Below are positions 33,550-43,352 of a DNA stretch of 64,000 bases, piece after piece. Source of the stretch: Candidatus Binatia bacterium (GTDB lineage Bacteria; Desulfobacterota; Binatia; HRBIN30); contig JBBRSP010000032.1 of the NCBI GenBank assembly GCA_038245295.1, positions 7,410-71,409 on the forward strand, given 5' to 3'. How positions within the stretch are numbered: position 1 is the first letter of the stretch; each line of letters opens with the position of its first letter. Below the pieces are notes generated by a model. That model made no database searches. It was not told the origin of the DNA and saw only the letters and a program-made list of their open reading frames with translations. Made by a program: the position numbers and the translations under genes.

Positions 33550-34746
33550 ATGGTTCATCGTCGCGCCTTCGCACTCCTCGTCGTTTGTCTCGTGTCGGTG
33601 GGCATGGGGCAGTCGATGTTATTTTCGATCTTGCCGCCGGCGGCGCGGCAGATCGGCATTTCACCGTTTCAAGTTTCAACGATTTTTTCGACCTCGGCCT
33701 TTCTATGGGTGTTCGTTAGCCCATGGTGGGGACGGCGCAGCGATACCAGTGGGCGGCGCAAGATCATTCTCATCGGCTTGCTCGGCTACGCGCTTTCGAT
33801 GGCGTCGCTCGGCGGGGTGATTCAGATCGGCTTGTGGGGTTGGCTGCCGGCGATCTTCATCTATCCGATGATGATCGCCTCGCGTTGTATCTTCGCGCTC
33901 ATCGGGTCGGGGACTGGTCCGGCCGCCAACGCCTACATCGCCGATCGTACGACGCGCGCCGAGCGCACCGCCGGCGTGGCCCTGGTCAGTGCCGCGATGG
34001 GTATGGGCGAAACGATCGGCCCTGGCGTCGGCGCGGCGCTGGCCAATGTTGGTCTGCTGGCGCCTCTCTTCCTGTCCGCGGCTCTGGCTGTCGTCAGTGC
34101 GTTTACGATCTGGAAGTTCCTCCCGGAGGAGGGCACGCCACACGGCAAGACCGAGCAGCGACCGCCGATGATGAGTCCGCTCGATGGGCGCGTCCTGCCA
34201 TTTCTGGCGGTGACGACATCCCTGCAGGCCGTGCGGGCGACAACCGTCATCACGTTCGCGTTCTTCCTGCAGGATAGTTTGAAACTCGATCAGACGGCAA
34301 CCGTTCGATACTCGAGCCTCGGCTTCGTTGTGCTCGCTGTGTCCGGCTTGTTTTCGCAATTGGTCATCGTCCAACGCTTTCGACCGCGAGCCCAGACGAT
34401 GATGCGAGTCGGTGTACTGCTGATGATCGGCGCCTTCGCCATGCTTGTGTTCGGCAACGATTATGCCGTGTTTGTCGGTGCCCTGTGCAGTCTTGGTCTT
34501 GGTCTCGGTCTCGTGCGACCCGGTTCGGCCGCCGCTGCCTCTCTGTCTGTCGAACCGAACGAGCAAGGTTCCGTGGCGGGGGTTCTGGGTGGCGTGTCGG
34601 TGATCGGCAACGTCTTCGGGCCACTGCTGGGGACGCGCCTCTATGAATACTCTCATGTCGCACCCTATCTCATGAACCTGATCATCATGAGTTTGTCCGC
34701 CGTGCTCATCTTTACCAGTCGGCGCGTGAGACGGGTCCACGTATGA
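33550..34746 (+). CDS. MFS transporter
   Basis: About 12 TM helices, GRRSDTSGRRK motif A. Confidence 0.9.
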   Translation: MVHRRAFALLVVCLVSVGMGQSMLFSILPPAARQIGISPFQVSTIFSTSAFLWVFVSPWWGRRSDTSGRRKIILIGLLGYALSMASLGGVIQIGLWGWLPAIFIYPMMIASRCIFALIGSGTGPAANAYIADRTTRAERTAGVALVSAAMGMGETIGPGVGAALANVGLLAPLFLSAALAVVSAFTIWKFLPEEGTPHGKTEQRPPMMSPLDGRVLPFLAVTTSLQAVRATTVITFAFFLQDSLKLDQTATVRYSSLGFVVLAVSGLFSQLVIVQRFRPRAQTMMRVGVLLMIGAFAMLVFGNDYAVFVGALCSLGLGLGLVRPGSAAAASLSVEPNEQGSVAGVLGGVSVIGNVFGPLLGTRLYEYSHVAPYLMNLIIMSLSAVLIFTSRRVRRVHV

Positions 34747-35729
34747 AGCGGTTCTTTACGCATGCGGAGTTCTTGCGCGACTACGGCGAACGTTTCACGA
34801 CCGTGTGTCGGCAGTACGACGCGTCGCTCGAACCCTTACTTCTGCCCGACGATGTCAACCTGCGCCTCGACGACGACACGTTGGCGAGTATCGAGGTCGC
34901 TTGTTTCACCGGTACATTCGAGTCGGACGGCGTGTTCACCAAACGCTACCTCGGCAGCACGCTACGTGCGCCGAATCTGCGTTGGATGCACTTGCCCAAC
35001 GCGGGCGTCGACCATCCGGTGTTTGGGCAACTACTGGCCAAGGGCGTGCGTCTGACCAACTCATCGGGGGCCACCGCCGAGCCGATCGCCCAGACGGCGA
35101 TTGCCGGCATGTTGGCCCTGGCGCGCGGCTTCCCGGATTGGTGGCGCGCCCAACAGCAGCACGAGTGGCGACCGCATTCGTATCGGCCGCGCGACCTGCG
35201 CGGCCAGACGATGGTGATCGTTGGCCTCGGCGCCATCGGCAACGAGATCGCGCGTTTGGCGCGCGCCTTTGGCCTCCGCGTGGTCGGTGTCCGGCGCAGT
35301 CCTCAACGCGCCGACGATCACGCCGATCAGGTTGTGCCCGTCAACCAACTCGATGGCGTGTTGCCGCAAGCCGACTGGCTCGTGCTAGCATGTCCGCTCA
35401 CCGACGAGACACGCGGTCTGATCAACGCCGCTGCGTTGGCGCACCTGCGTCCAAGCGCTCGTATCCTTAACGTGGCCCGCGGACCCGTGGTGGAGGAAAG
35501 CGCGATGGTCGAGGCGCTGCGCAGCGGGCGCCTGGCGGGTGCCTATCTCGATGTCTTCGAAGAAGAACCATTGGCGTCTGCATCGCCGTTGTGGGACCTG
35601 CCGAATGTCATCGTCACACCACACAACTCAGCGGCATCCGATGGAAACCGCGCCCGTGTGACGGAGATCTTCTTCCGCAACCTGGAGGATTGGCTGCGCG
35701 GTGAGCCGCTGGAGAACGAGGTGCGTTAA
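34743..35729 (+). CDS. D-2-hydroxyacid dehydrogenase
   Basis: GLGAIG, PLTDETRGLI, NVARG, LDVFEEEPL, TPHNS. Confidence 0.9.
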   Translation: MKRFFTHAEFLRDYGERFTTVCRQYDASLEPLLLPDDVNLRLDDDTLASIEVACFTGTFESDGVFTKRYLGSTLRAPNLRWMHLPNAGVDHPVFGQLLAKGVRLTNSSGATAEPIAQTAIAGMLALARGFPDWWRAQQQHEWRPHSYRPRDLRGQTMVIVGLGAIGNEIARLARAFGLRVVGVRRSPQRADDHADQVVPVNQLDGVLPQADWLVLACPLTDETRGLINAAALAHLRPSARILNVARGPVVEESAMVEALRSGRLAGAYLDVFEEEPLASASPLWDLPNVIVTPHNSAASDGNRARVTEIFFRNLEDWLRGEPLENEVR

Positions 35730-35913
35730 ACCTGCCCACGCAAAATTCAAGGCGCAGGGTCGTCATCCTGACCACGCTTCGAACCACTCGCCTTCGCCTC
35801 GCTCCGGCGCGCAAGCAGGATGTTGACCGATTACTCGGATAGGATCCGTGATGGTTGACTGGCTCCTGCTCCGCCGGGTGGAGTTCCTCCGCGGCGCCGG
35901 AAAGCGCAGCGAG

Positions 35914-36630
35914 TCACGGACGCGCGCAGGTTCCGAAGCCGGCGTAACATGAGCCATTGATGCAATGGCCGTCGCCGCAGACGACGTCGCTTTGGCAACT
36001 CGTGCGCGCGCACCTCCCCAACTCTTCGTCGTGGAGGAGCCCCTTGGACATGTAGTTCGACCCGCAGTCTTCGTCAGAAGAGCAGTACGCAGGCTGGCAG
36101 CGGTCGTCCGCCCCGCAGATTGATGCCTGCCCGCAATCGGCATCAGTCGCGCAGATCTGCCGACACACATGTGCCGGGGCACAAGGACAGAGTGACGGTG
36201 GTACCGGGTCGCAGACCGTGGAGCCGAAACGGAGCCCTCGTGATGTGCAGTCGAAAGTGGTGACACAATCACTGTCAAAGTGCTGGCACGAGGTGCACCC
36301 GGCGAATTCGCCGGGACTCACGCATGTCATCCCTAGCTCGCAGTCTCCCGTGAATTGGCAGGGGCAGCCCTGAAGCGAGTGAATCGTAGCGATAGTCAAT
36401 TCATCCACGGAGACGAACCCGTCATCGTTTAGATCTGCGGGCCTGCATTGGCGAAGCGCGCTACCATTTCTGCTGTCCAGGGCGATCGTGACGCCGAGCA
36501 CTATTTCGTCAACGCCAACTTCCCCATCCCTATTGCAATCACCACCACAGCGGAGCTGGCTCGCCGCGGGCGACGCGAAGAGCAGTGCTCCCAAGAGCAG
36601 GATCGAACACGTGGCATTCGGACCAATCAT
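35914..36630 (-). CDS. Secreted Cys-rich protein with an N-terminal dockerin-like double EF-hand
   Basis: Signal peptide; CGGDCNRDGEVGVDE...ADLNDDGFVSVDEL; CxxDxDC repeats; GGAGG RBS. Confidence 0.7.
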   Translation of the reverse strand: MIGPNATCSILLLGALLFASPAASQLRCGGDCNRDGEVGVDEIVLGVTIALDSRNGSALRQCRPADLNDDGFVSVDELTIATIHSLQGCPCQFTGDCELGMTCVSPGEFAGCTSCQHFDSDCVTTFDCTSRGLRFGSTVCDPVPPSLCPCAPAHVCRQICATDADCGQASICGADDRCQPAYCSSDEDCGSNYMSKGLLHDEELGRCARTSCQSDVVCGDGHCINGSCYAGFGTCARP

Positions 36631-36718
36631 CAATTGCCTCCCAACCCGAACCGCGTCGTCTCGTCCCCCTCGCCAGTTGTCAACCACGTTTCTCACGGCT
36701 CGCGCACAACGCATCAAG

Positions 36719-37525
36719 TCATCGCCGACGTCTGGGAGACGCTTCGATCGCGCGTAATCGGGCGAGCGCCGCTTCCTTCTCGGCACGCTCCTGCTCGAGC
36801 AGGGCTCGTGCGGACGCTGCATCGGCGCGGGCGGCCTCTTTCTCTAGGCGCTCGTGCTCCGCTGCGGCGCGGGCATCTTCTTTTGATTGTCGTTCGTGCT
36901 CTTTCTCCAACCGCTCCGCCTCCTCGGCAGTTGCGAAAAACTCGCTACCGTTGGCACCGATACCAATGCGAAGACGCGTCTCGCCGTTGGCCCCCACTGC
37001 CACCAGCCAGCAACCAAGAACCTTGGAACGCACGCGATCGTCATTGGTCGATTCGATTCGTACCAGGCCGCGTTTCCCAACCGGGCGGAACACCTGCCAG
37101 CGTACTCGTTGCTTGTTCTGGCGATGATCCGGGTCGAAGACGAGTAGTTCCTTGATGCCGAGGTCGTCATAGCGATCGATGACCTCGATGTAGTCCTTCT
37201 CCCAGTCATGCGACACCACCTCGAGGGCAAACGACGGGACAACCTCGTCCACCCATGTCTTCCAACTCCGTACCCGGCGACGCGGGCTGATGCCTGGGAG
37301 GACGTAGATATCGGGCGACACACGCGCGTGCGCGTCGTGCGGCCGGTAGTAGATGAACTGGTCGGCGCCAACGAGAGCGACGATGCGTCGGCTGCTGAGC
37401 CAGCGCTGCAAGAGGGGACGCAACATCTCCACGATCCAGCGTTGTAGGATGTCCTCGCCCAGGCGCTCCTCCTCAGGATAGATGGTCGGATCGGGAACTC
37501 GTCGCCCGGCAGCACTGCCCTTCAT
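36719..37525 (-). CDS. Uma2 (DUF820) family endonuclease-like protein
   Basis: VSPDIYV, FALEVVS, YDDLGIKELLVFDP, coiled-coil tail. Confidence 0.85.
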   Translation of the reverse strand: MKGSAAGRRVPDPTIYPEEERLGEDILQRWIVEMLRPLLQRWLSSRRIVALVGADQFIYYRPHDAHARVSPDIYVLPGISPRRRVRSWKTWVDEVVPSFALEVVSHDWEKDYIEVIDRYDDLGIKELLVFDPDHRQNKQRVRWQVFRPVGKRGLVRIESTNDDRVRSKVLGCWLVAVGANGETRLRIGIGANGSEFFATAEEAERLEKEHERQSKEDARAAAEHERLEKEAARADAASARALLEQERAEKEAALARLRAIEASPRRRR

Positions 37526-37687
37526 GACTCGACCCTATCGTCAACGAAACGAGCAGGCAACGACTGCAACACATCTCTGCGTTGCATCTATGGCTTGCCC
37601 ACCTGTGCCTCTGCGGTGAGAAATTCCTCCGTAGGCTCGGCGGAGGAGGCTTGAATTCCCGCGCCGATCATCCAATGAACTTGATCC

Positions 37688-38317
37688 ATGGAATTCCAAT
37701 CGGTCATCGAGTCCACTCCGGCGTGCCGCTTCTACCGCTCTGATCCGGTTCCTGACGACGTGCTGCGTCGCATCCTCGATGCGGCGCGCTTTGCGCCGAC
37801 CGGTGGCAATCGCCAACCCGTCCGCCTGATCGCCGTGCGCGATGCGGGTCTGCGGCAACAGCTTGCGGATCTGTATCTGCCGCTGTGGAAACGTTTCATG
37901 GAACGTTACGCCAAAGCCGGCGTGACGCCGGCCACGTCGAAGGTCATCGCCAATTCCGACGCGATGGCCGAGAACCTGGCGCAGATACCTGTACTGATCG
38001 TCGTGTGTGCCGTCTTGGGAGATGTCTTGGCAACGGACCGCCAACTCGACCGCCTGAGCATCGTCGGCGGCGCATCTGTTTACCCGGCCGTTCAGAATCT
38101 CATGCTGAAGGCGCGTGACGAAGGACTCGGCACCGCCCTGACGACGTTGCTGTGTTACGTCGAGGCGGATGTGAAGAAGCTACTGGGAATTCCAGACGAG
38201 GTCTCGACCGCAGCGATGTTGCCGCTCGGCTATCCGTCGCAACCGTTCCCAAAGCGAGTCCACCGCCGGCCGCTGGCGGAGATCGCTTTCGTCGATCGCT
38301 TCGGTTCGGCTCTGTGA
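37688..38317 (+). CDS. Nitroreductase family protein
   Basis: APTGGNRQP, AVQNLMLKARDEGLG, PLGYP. Confidence 0.9.
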   Translation: MEFQSVIESTPACRFYRSDPVPDDVLRRILDAARFAPTGGNRQPVRLIAVRDAGLRQQLADLYLPLWKRFMERYAKAGVTPATSKVIANSDAMAENLAQIPVLIVVCAVLGDVLATDRQLDRLSIVGGASVYPAVQNLMLKARDEGLGTALTTLLCYVEADVKKLLGIPDEVSTAAMLPLGYPSQPFPKRVHRRPLAEIAFVDRFGSAL

Positions 38318-38328
38318 GCAGCGAAGTC

Positions 38329-38410
38329 TTCACCGCAGAGGCGCAGAGAACGCAGAGAGGATACGGGGAACATTCTTAGGGCTCTGCGCGCTCCGCGACT
38401 CTGCGGTGAG
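38329..38410. repeat. Palindromic CACCGCAGAGGCGCAGAG element
   Basis: tcaccgcagaggcgcagagaacgcagag ... ctctgcgcgctccgcgactctgcggtga; a half-copy lies at about 37604-37621. Confidence 0.65.
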
Positions 38411-38424
38411 AGTTCGCGTGAAGG

Positions 38425-38775
38425 TTAGAAGCCTTCCGGCGCCGCGCCCTTGTGGTCGCGGTGGTGACCCATCATCCCAGGGCCCATCGGCCGACCTGCA
38501 TCGAGCTCCTCTTTCGAGAGGGCCCCGTCACCGTTGGTGTCGAGGTGCTTGAAGCGCGCCGCTTCCATTTGCTGGCGCACGAGCTCGTGAAATTTGGTGA
38601 ACTCCGCCGGGCTCAGTGTGCCACTCTTGTCGGCGTCGGCCTGCACGAAAGCAGCGTCTCGCGCCGCCGTCATCTCGGCGCGACGGTCCGTGCCGGCAAT
38701 TGCGGTGCCGTTGAGCACCCACATCGCGCCAATGACGATGACGCCGGTGCAGAGAAATGCGCTTGTTCGGTTCAT
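38425..38775 (-). CDS. Secreted EF-hand protein
   Basis: Signal peptide; DADKSGTLSPAEF and DTNGDGALSKEEL. Confidence 0.85.
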   Translation of the reverse strand: MNRTSAFLCTGVIVIGAMWVLNGTAIAGTDRRAEMTAARDAAFVQADADKSGTLSPAEFTKFHELVRQQMEAARFKHLDTNGDGALSKEELDAGRPMGPGMMGHHRDHKGAAPEGF

Positions 38776-38992
38776 ATCCTTGTCCTCCTTCGGACGTCGA
38801 TGGGTCATAGACCTATGCGACTCATACGACCTATATCCTGTATGTCTTCAACGGCCGAGACGGAAAAATCCGTCGCTGCTTGACCTGCATCTAGGCTGGC
38901 GCGCCGAGTGGCCGCCCTCTCAAGGTCCCTCTCTCGCTCACGCGAGAGAATTCCGGTATCGTCCGCCCACTTTTCGCTCGGGAGGATGCACG

Positions 38993-39997
38993 GTGAAACT
39001 CGATACCGGTTTGCCAACAGGACTCAGTGAATGTGGCGCGGCGGCCAAGACGGCCGAGGAGATGGGCTTCGACGGCTTGTGGACCGCGGAGACGGCTCAC
39101 GACCCGTTCTTCCCGTTGGTCGTGGCAGCGCAGCAGACCTCACACGTGAAGCTGGGCACGTCGATCGCCGTCGCCTTTCCGCGTAGCCCGATGGTGCTGG
39201 CGCAGATTGCCTGGGACCTGCAGGTCCATTCTCAGGGCCGTTTCATCCTCGGTCTGGGCACGCAGATCAAGGCGCACAACGAACGTCGCTTCGGCATCAA
39301 GTGGGAACATCCAGGGCCGAAGTTGCGCGAGATGATCCAGATGATCCATGCCATCTGGGATTGTTGGCAGACCAACGCGCGGCCGAACTTTCAGGGGCAG
39401 TTCTACAACTTCTCGTTGATGACCCCGTTCTTCAACCCGGGCCCGATCCCGTACAAACTGCCGGAGATCTACATCGCCGGAGTCAACGAATACATGTGCC
39501 GCCTGGCCGGCGAGCTCTGCGAAGGGTTCCACGTGCACCCGTTCCATTCGATCCAACACCTTGACGAAGTCGTGCTGCCGAATATCGCCAAGGGCACGGA
39601 GAAGGCTGGCCGCAAGCGCAGCGACCTGGCGTTGTCGAGCAGTGTCTTTGTGGTCACCGGTAAGAACCGGGACGAGGTCGAAGCAATGAAGGCACCGGTG
39701 AAACAGCAGATCGCCTTTTATGCGTCGACTCCCGCCTACGTCGGCGTCCTCGATGTACACGGTTGGGCCGACGTTGGTCCGCGTCTTACCGAGCGCTCGA
39801 AGAAGGGCGACTGGGCCGGCATGGCCGACGAGATCACCGACGAGATGCTCGAGCACTATGCCGTCGTCGCGACCTACGACGACCTCGTCGATCGCATCAA
39901 GAAGAAATACACCGGCTATCTCGATCGCCTTGGGTTCTACTTCCCGATCAAGCGGGAAGGCCCGTGGCCGGAGATCGTCAAGGCGTTCAAGGGCTGA
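38993..39997 (+). CDS. LLM-class F420-dependent oxidoreductase (TIGR03617-like)
   Basis: GFDGLWTAETAHDPF, AFPRSPM, GRFILGLGTQIKAH, FYASTPAY; GTG start after GGAGG. Confidence 0.9.
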   Translation: MKLDTGLPTGLSECGAAAKTAEEMGFDGLWTAETAHDPFFPLVVAAQQTSHVKLGTSIAVAFPRSPMVLAQIAWDLQVHSQGRFILGLGTQIKAHNERRFGIKWEHPGPKLREMIQMIHAIWDCWQTNARPNFQGQFYNFSLMTPFFNPGPIPYKLPEIYIAGVNEYMCRLAGELCEGFHVHPFHSIQHLDEVVLPNIAKGTEKAGRKRSDLALSSSVFVVTGKNRDEVEAMKAPVKQQIAFYASTPAYVGVLDVHGWADVGPRLTERSKKGDWAGMADEITDEMLEHYAVVATYDDLVDRIKKKYTGYLDRLGFYFPIKREGPWPEIVKAFKG

Positions 39998-40002
39998 CCT
40001 TC

Positions 40003-40079
40003 CGTCGCAAGCTGAAGCTTGCGACGACCGAACTCGGCTTCTGCCGGGCATAATCGGTAGGCGCAGGCTTTAGCCTGCG
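40003..40079. repeat. Two REP-like palindromes
   Basis: cgtcgcaagctgaagcttgcgacg and ggtaggcgcaggctttagcctgcg. Confidence 0.65.
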
Positions 40080-40126
40080 ATCGGCCTGCCACCAGACGTC
40101 CACCCTCCTGCATCGAAGGAGATCCA

Positions 40127-40486
40127 ATGCCCGACCTGACCCGCTACGCCAAAAAGAATACCGTGAACCTCACCACCACCGGCCGCAAGTCGGGAAAGAA
40201 GTTCACCGCGCCGATCTGGTTCGTCGTCGACGACCCGTCGACTGTACTGGTGCAACACGTCCGCGGCGAGCCGTCGAACTGGTACAAGAACCTCCTGAAG
40301 AACCCGGATGTCGAAGTCGACTTTGGGGAAGGCCCACTCAAGGCCACGGCGAGACCTATCACTGATGCCGCCGGGATCGCGCGCGTTCTTGTTCTGATCC
40401 GCAAGAAGCACTGGATTACGGCGCGGTTTCTGCAGCGTGGTGCGATCAAACCGGTCGCGGCAACGATTCGGTTGGCACAGGCATGA
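40127..40486 (+). CDS. Deazaflavin-dependent nitroreductase (DDN-like split barrel)
   Basis: LTTTGRKSG, NWYKNLLKNPDVEV. Confidence 0.85.
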   Translation: MPDLTRYAKKNTVNLTTTGRKSGKKFTAPIWFVVDDPSTVLVQHVRGEPSNWYKNLLKNPDVEVDFGEGPLKATARPITDAAGIARVLVLIRKKHWITARFLQRGAIKPVAATIRLAQA

Positions 40487-41370
40487 AGACCATCGGACTC
40501 ATCGGCCTCGGCATCATGGGCCGCCCGATGGCCCGCAACCTTCTCAAGGCCGGCTTCGAGGTTGTCGTCCACTCGCGTACCCAGGCGAAGGTCGACGAGC
40601 TTGTGACCGCCGGTGCGCGAGCGGCAAAGACTCCCGCCGACGTCGCGCGCCAGGTCGAAGCGGTGATCACGATGGTTCCGGACACGCCGGATGTGCAGGC
40701 TGTGATGCTCGGTGCCAACGGCGTCATTGCTGGGGCGCACGACGGACTGATCGCCATCGACATGAGTACCATCTCGCCCCAGGCGACGAGCGAGATAGCC
40801 GCGGCGTTGGCGCAGCGTGGCGTGGCGATGCTCGACGCGCCGGTCTCCGGCGGTGAGGTCGGCGCGATCAACGGCAATCTTTCGATCATGGTTGGTGGCG
40901 AGACGGCGGACTTTGAACGATGCAAGCCGGTCTTCGAAGCGATGGGCAAGAAGATCACTCACGTCGGGCCGACGAGCCACGGCCAGATCACCAAGCTGTG
41001 CAATCAGGTCGCCGGCGTTTTGAGTCTGCAGGCGGTGTGTGAGGCGTTAACCCTCGCGGCCAAGGCGGGAGTTGATCGCGCGAAAGTCATCGAAGCCTTG
41101 TCGGGTGGCTCGGCCGATTCGTGGAACATGCGCAACCAGGGGCCGAAAATGTTGAAGCGCGACTTTGCACCCGGCTTCTTCGTCCACCTGCAGCAGAAGG
41201 ATCTTCGTCTGGCGCTGGAGTTGGCGCAAACGCTGCACGCACCGCTGCCAGGGGCTGCCTTGCTGCACGAGCTGTTCAGTGTCGTCGAAGCGGCGGGTGG
41301 GCGCGAGCAGGGTGTGCAAGCCTTGGTCCGGGCGCTCGAGATCATGGGTGGGACAGAGGTCGGTCCGTAG
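40483..41370 (+). CDS. 2-hydroxy-3-oxopropionate reductase / beta-hydroxyacid dehydrogenase
   Basis: IGLGIMG, DMSTISP, LDAPVSGG, KLCNQ, KDL. Confidence 0.9.
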   Translation: MKTIGLIGLGIMGRPMARNLLKAGFEVVVHSRTQAKVDELVTAGARAAKTPADVARQVEAVITMVPDTPDVQAVMLGANGVIAGAHDGLIAIDMSTISPQATSEIAAALAQRGVAMLDAPVSGGEVGAINGNLSIMVGGETADFERCKPVFEAMGKKITHVGPTSHGQITKLCNQVAGVLSLQAVCEALTLAAKAGVDRAKVIEALSGGSADSWNMRNQGPKMLKRDFAPGFFVHLQQKDLRLALELAQTLHAPLPGAALLHELFSVVEAAGGREQGVQALVRALEIMGGTEVGP

Positions 41371-41391
41371 CTCGCTACCGCGCGTGAGCCG

Positions 41392-42918
41392 ATGGATGAA
41401 TCAGTCGAGATCCGCCGCGGCAACTCGCGCATCCTCCTGGTGGCGCCGCATGGCGGGCGCCGCGCTCCCGTCGATGCACTCAACCCGCCACCAAACCTGC
41501 GTGTGAACGACGTCTTTACACCCGACCTCACACGGCTGCTCGCCGAGCGCCTCGACGCGACGGCGATCATCAATGAGACAATCGATCGCAACGACATCGA
41601 CCTGAACCGCATCTCACAAGTCACCAAGCGCGCCGCCTGGTTCCTCGACGTGTTGCATGTCGAGATCGAGCGCTTGCGGCAGCGGCATGGAGTGGTCGTC
41701 GCTTTGTTCGTGCATGGTTGGAACACCGGGCAACCAATCTGCGATCTCGGCATCGGTGGTTCGTTGATCGACGAGGCATTGGTTGTTCCAGAAGGCGCCG
41801 GGCTGACGGTAAGCGAGAGCTTTCGCGTCAATGCGCTTCAGCAACTGAGAGAGGAGTGTGCGGTTCGTCGCATCGCGACCGCGGTTGGTGAACGCTACGC
41901 GGCGAGCCATCGTAACAACCTCCTGCAGTTGTTCGCCCTCGAACGGCACCACCACGTCGAGGCCGTGCAGCTCGAGCTGGCCATTCCGCTGCGGATGCCC
42001 GGCGAGTGGCGCGATCGCTTTCTCGACGCATGCGTGGCGACCTTCACGGTCCCGCAACGCGTGCGGAGCCCGTTCGAGATACCGTCGCGCCGCGATGAAT
42101 CGGCACCGTTGAGCCTGCAGTTCTACGACCCGCGTGCCGCCGTCGGTCTCTTCACCGGAACAGGCCGGCTCGGCGCGATGCTCGGTGGTCGTCTGCTGTT
42201 GTTCCTGGGGGAGAAGCGTATCGCGCTGTTCACCGGCGAAGCAGCGGTGCGCGGAGGTCGCTCGCTGCTGCCGCTGCGCCTGACGGGGCAGGGGAGTGAG
42301 GTGGACCTGTCGTTTGACGGCCCGATGCTATTTCTCGAAGACGGCGCCGACTACCTCGATCTCGAAGCGGCCTTTGGTCGCTCGCGCCTCATCCATGCCG
42401 AAGTCGAGATCCATTTCACGGCGTCGGTGGGTGAAGCAGCACAGCTGGGACATTGTGTCGGTCGCCTGCGCGCCGATGGAAACGAGCACATCATCGAGGC
42501 GAATGGCTTTGCCAATGCCGGAGCCTGGCGCGGCAGTGGCGCGCACGAGCAGACAATGCTGAGTGCGGCGTTTGCCAACGGCGCCGGAGAGCTCGTGCGC
42601 TACGATCACAGTCGCGACGAGTTCCTGGAGATGCGGTTCTCTCCGGCCGGTGTGACGACGGGGACAAACGGCAGGGTGGAGATCACGCCCGAGGAAGATC
42701 CCTACGTGCCGCAATCCCTGGCGCTGCATGCCGATGATGCTGCGCCGATGCGGGTTGTTCCGCTCTCCCGGATGAGCATCCTGCGGACCGCTGGCGGGGG
42801 CGCCGCCCGCGTCACCTTCGGCGTCGCCCGCTTCGAAGCGGAGAGGGGCGATGGTTTTGGTGTCTTCGAGTACACACGCCCGATCGGCGCGCCAAGTGGT
42901 CAGCGCAAGGCGCCGTGA
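41392..42918 (+). CDS. Hypothetical protein with an N-formylglutamate-amidohydrolase-like N-terminus
   Basis: LLVAPHGG, ND, DLN, FVHG, VQLEL; beta-rich C-terminal half. Confidence 0.5.
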   Translation: MDESVEIRRGNSRILLVAPHGGRRAPVDALNPPPNLRVNDVFTPDLTRLLAERLDATAIINETIDRNDIDLNRISQVTKRAAWFLDVLHVEIERLRQRHGVVVALFVHGWNTGQPICDLGIGGSLIDEALVVPEGAGLTVSESFRVNALQQLREECAVRRIATAVGERYAASHRNNLLQLFALERHHHVEAVQLELAIPLRMPGEWRDRFLDACVATFTVPQRVRSPFEIPSRRDESAPLSLQFYDPRAAVGLFTGTGRLGAMLGGRLLLFLGEKRIALFTGEAAVRGGRSLLPLRLTGQGSEVDLSFDGPMLFLEDGADYLDLEAAFGRSRLIHAEVEIHFTASVGEAAQLGHCVGRLRADGNEHIIEANGFANAGAWRGSGAHEQTMLSAAFANGAGELVRYDHSRDEFLEMRFSPAGVTTGTNGRVEITPEEDPYVPQSLALHADDAAPMRVVPLSRMSILRTAGGGAARVTFGVARFEAERGDGFGVFEYTRPIGAPSGQRKAP

Positions 42919-43340
42919 ACCGCCGGCTTGCCGCTCAACACGACGACGGTCTGTCTCACCGCGCAGATGCGCCAGCCATCAGCGTGGCGCTGCAAGCGAT
43001 GCTCGTAGTTGCCGGCCGTGTCGAGACGGTCGGCTACATCTTTCTGTGACACGCGAAAGATTTGGTAAGCCGAGTAACACGTCGCCTCGTCCCCGCTGAT
43101 TGTAACCTCGTGATTGGTGCTCAGGTGGAGCGTGCGCACGCCCGCCAGTCCGGTCTCCCGCGCTCGCACGTAATCATTGGCTGATACCCGCGCTGGCGGT
43201 TCGCCACGGAACTCGGAGTAGTCGGTGTCGAGCTCGTCGGTGAGCAGCGATCGCAGGCGCGGCCAGTCTTGCCGATCAAAGGCATTCGCGAAAGCGACGA
43301 TGGTATCGATGACTGCGGCGCGGTCGATGAGACGTTGCAT
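42900..43340 (-). CDS. SnoaL/NTF2-like protein
   Basis: DRAAVID...FDRQDW, HLSTNHEV, GNYEHRL...DGWRI. Start approximate. Confidence 0.85.
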   Translation of the reverse strand: MQRLIDRAAVIDTIVAFANAFDRQDWPRLRSLLTDELDTDYSEFRGEPPARVSANDYVRARETGLAGVRTLHLSTNHEVTISGDEATCYSAYQIFRVSQKDVADRLDTAGNYEHRLQRHADGWRICAVRQTVVVLSGKPAVHGALR

Positions 43341-43352
43341 CGGAGGATGAGG

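Noticed and set aside
36719-37525. Uma2 nuclease as a defence or mobile system
   Set aside because: A solitary member of a commonly expanded family, with no partner genes.
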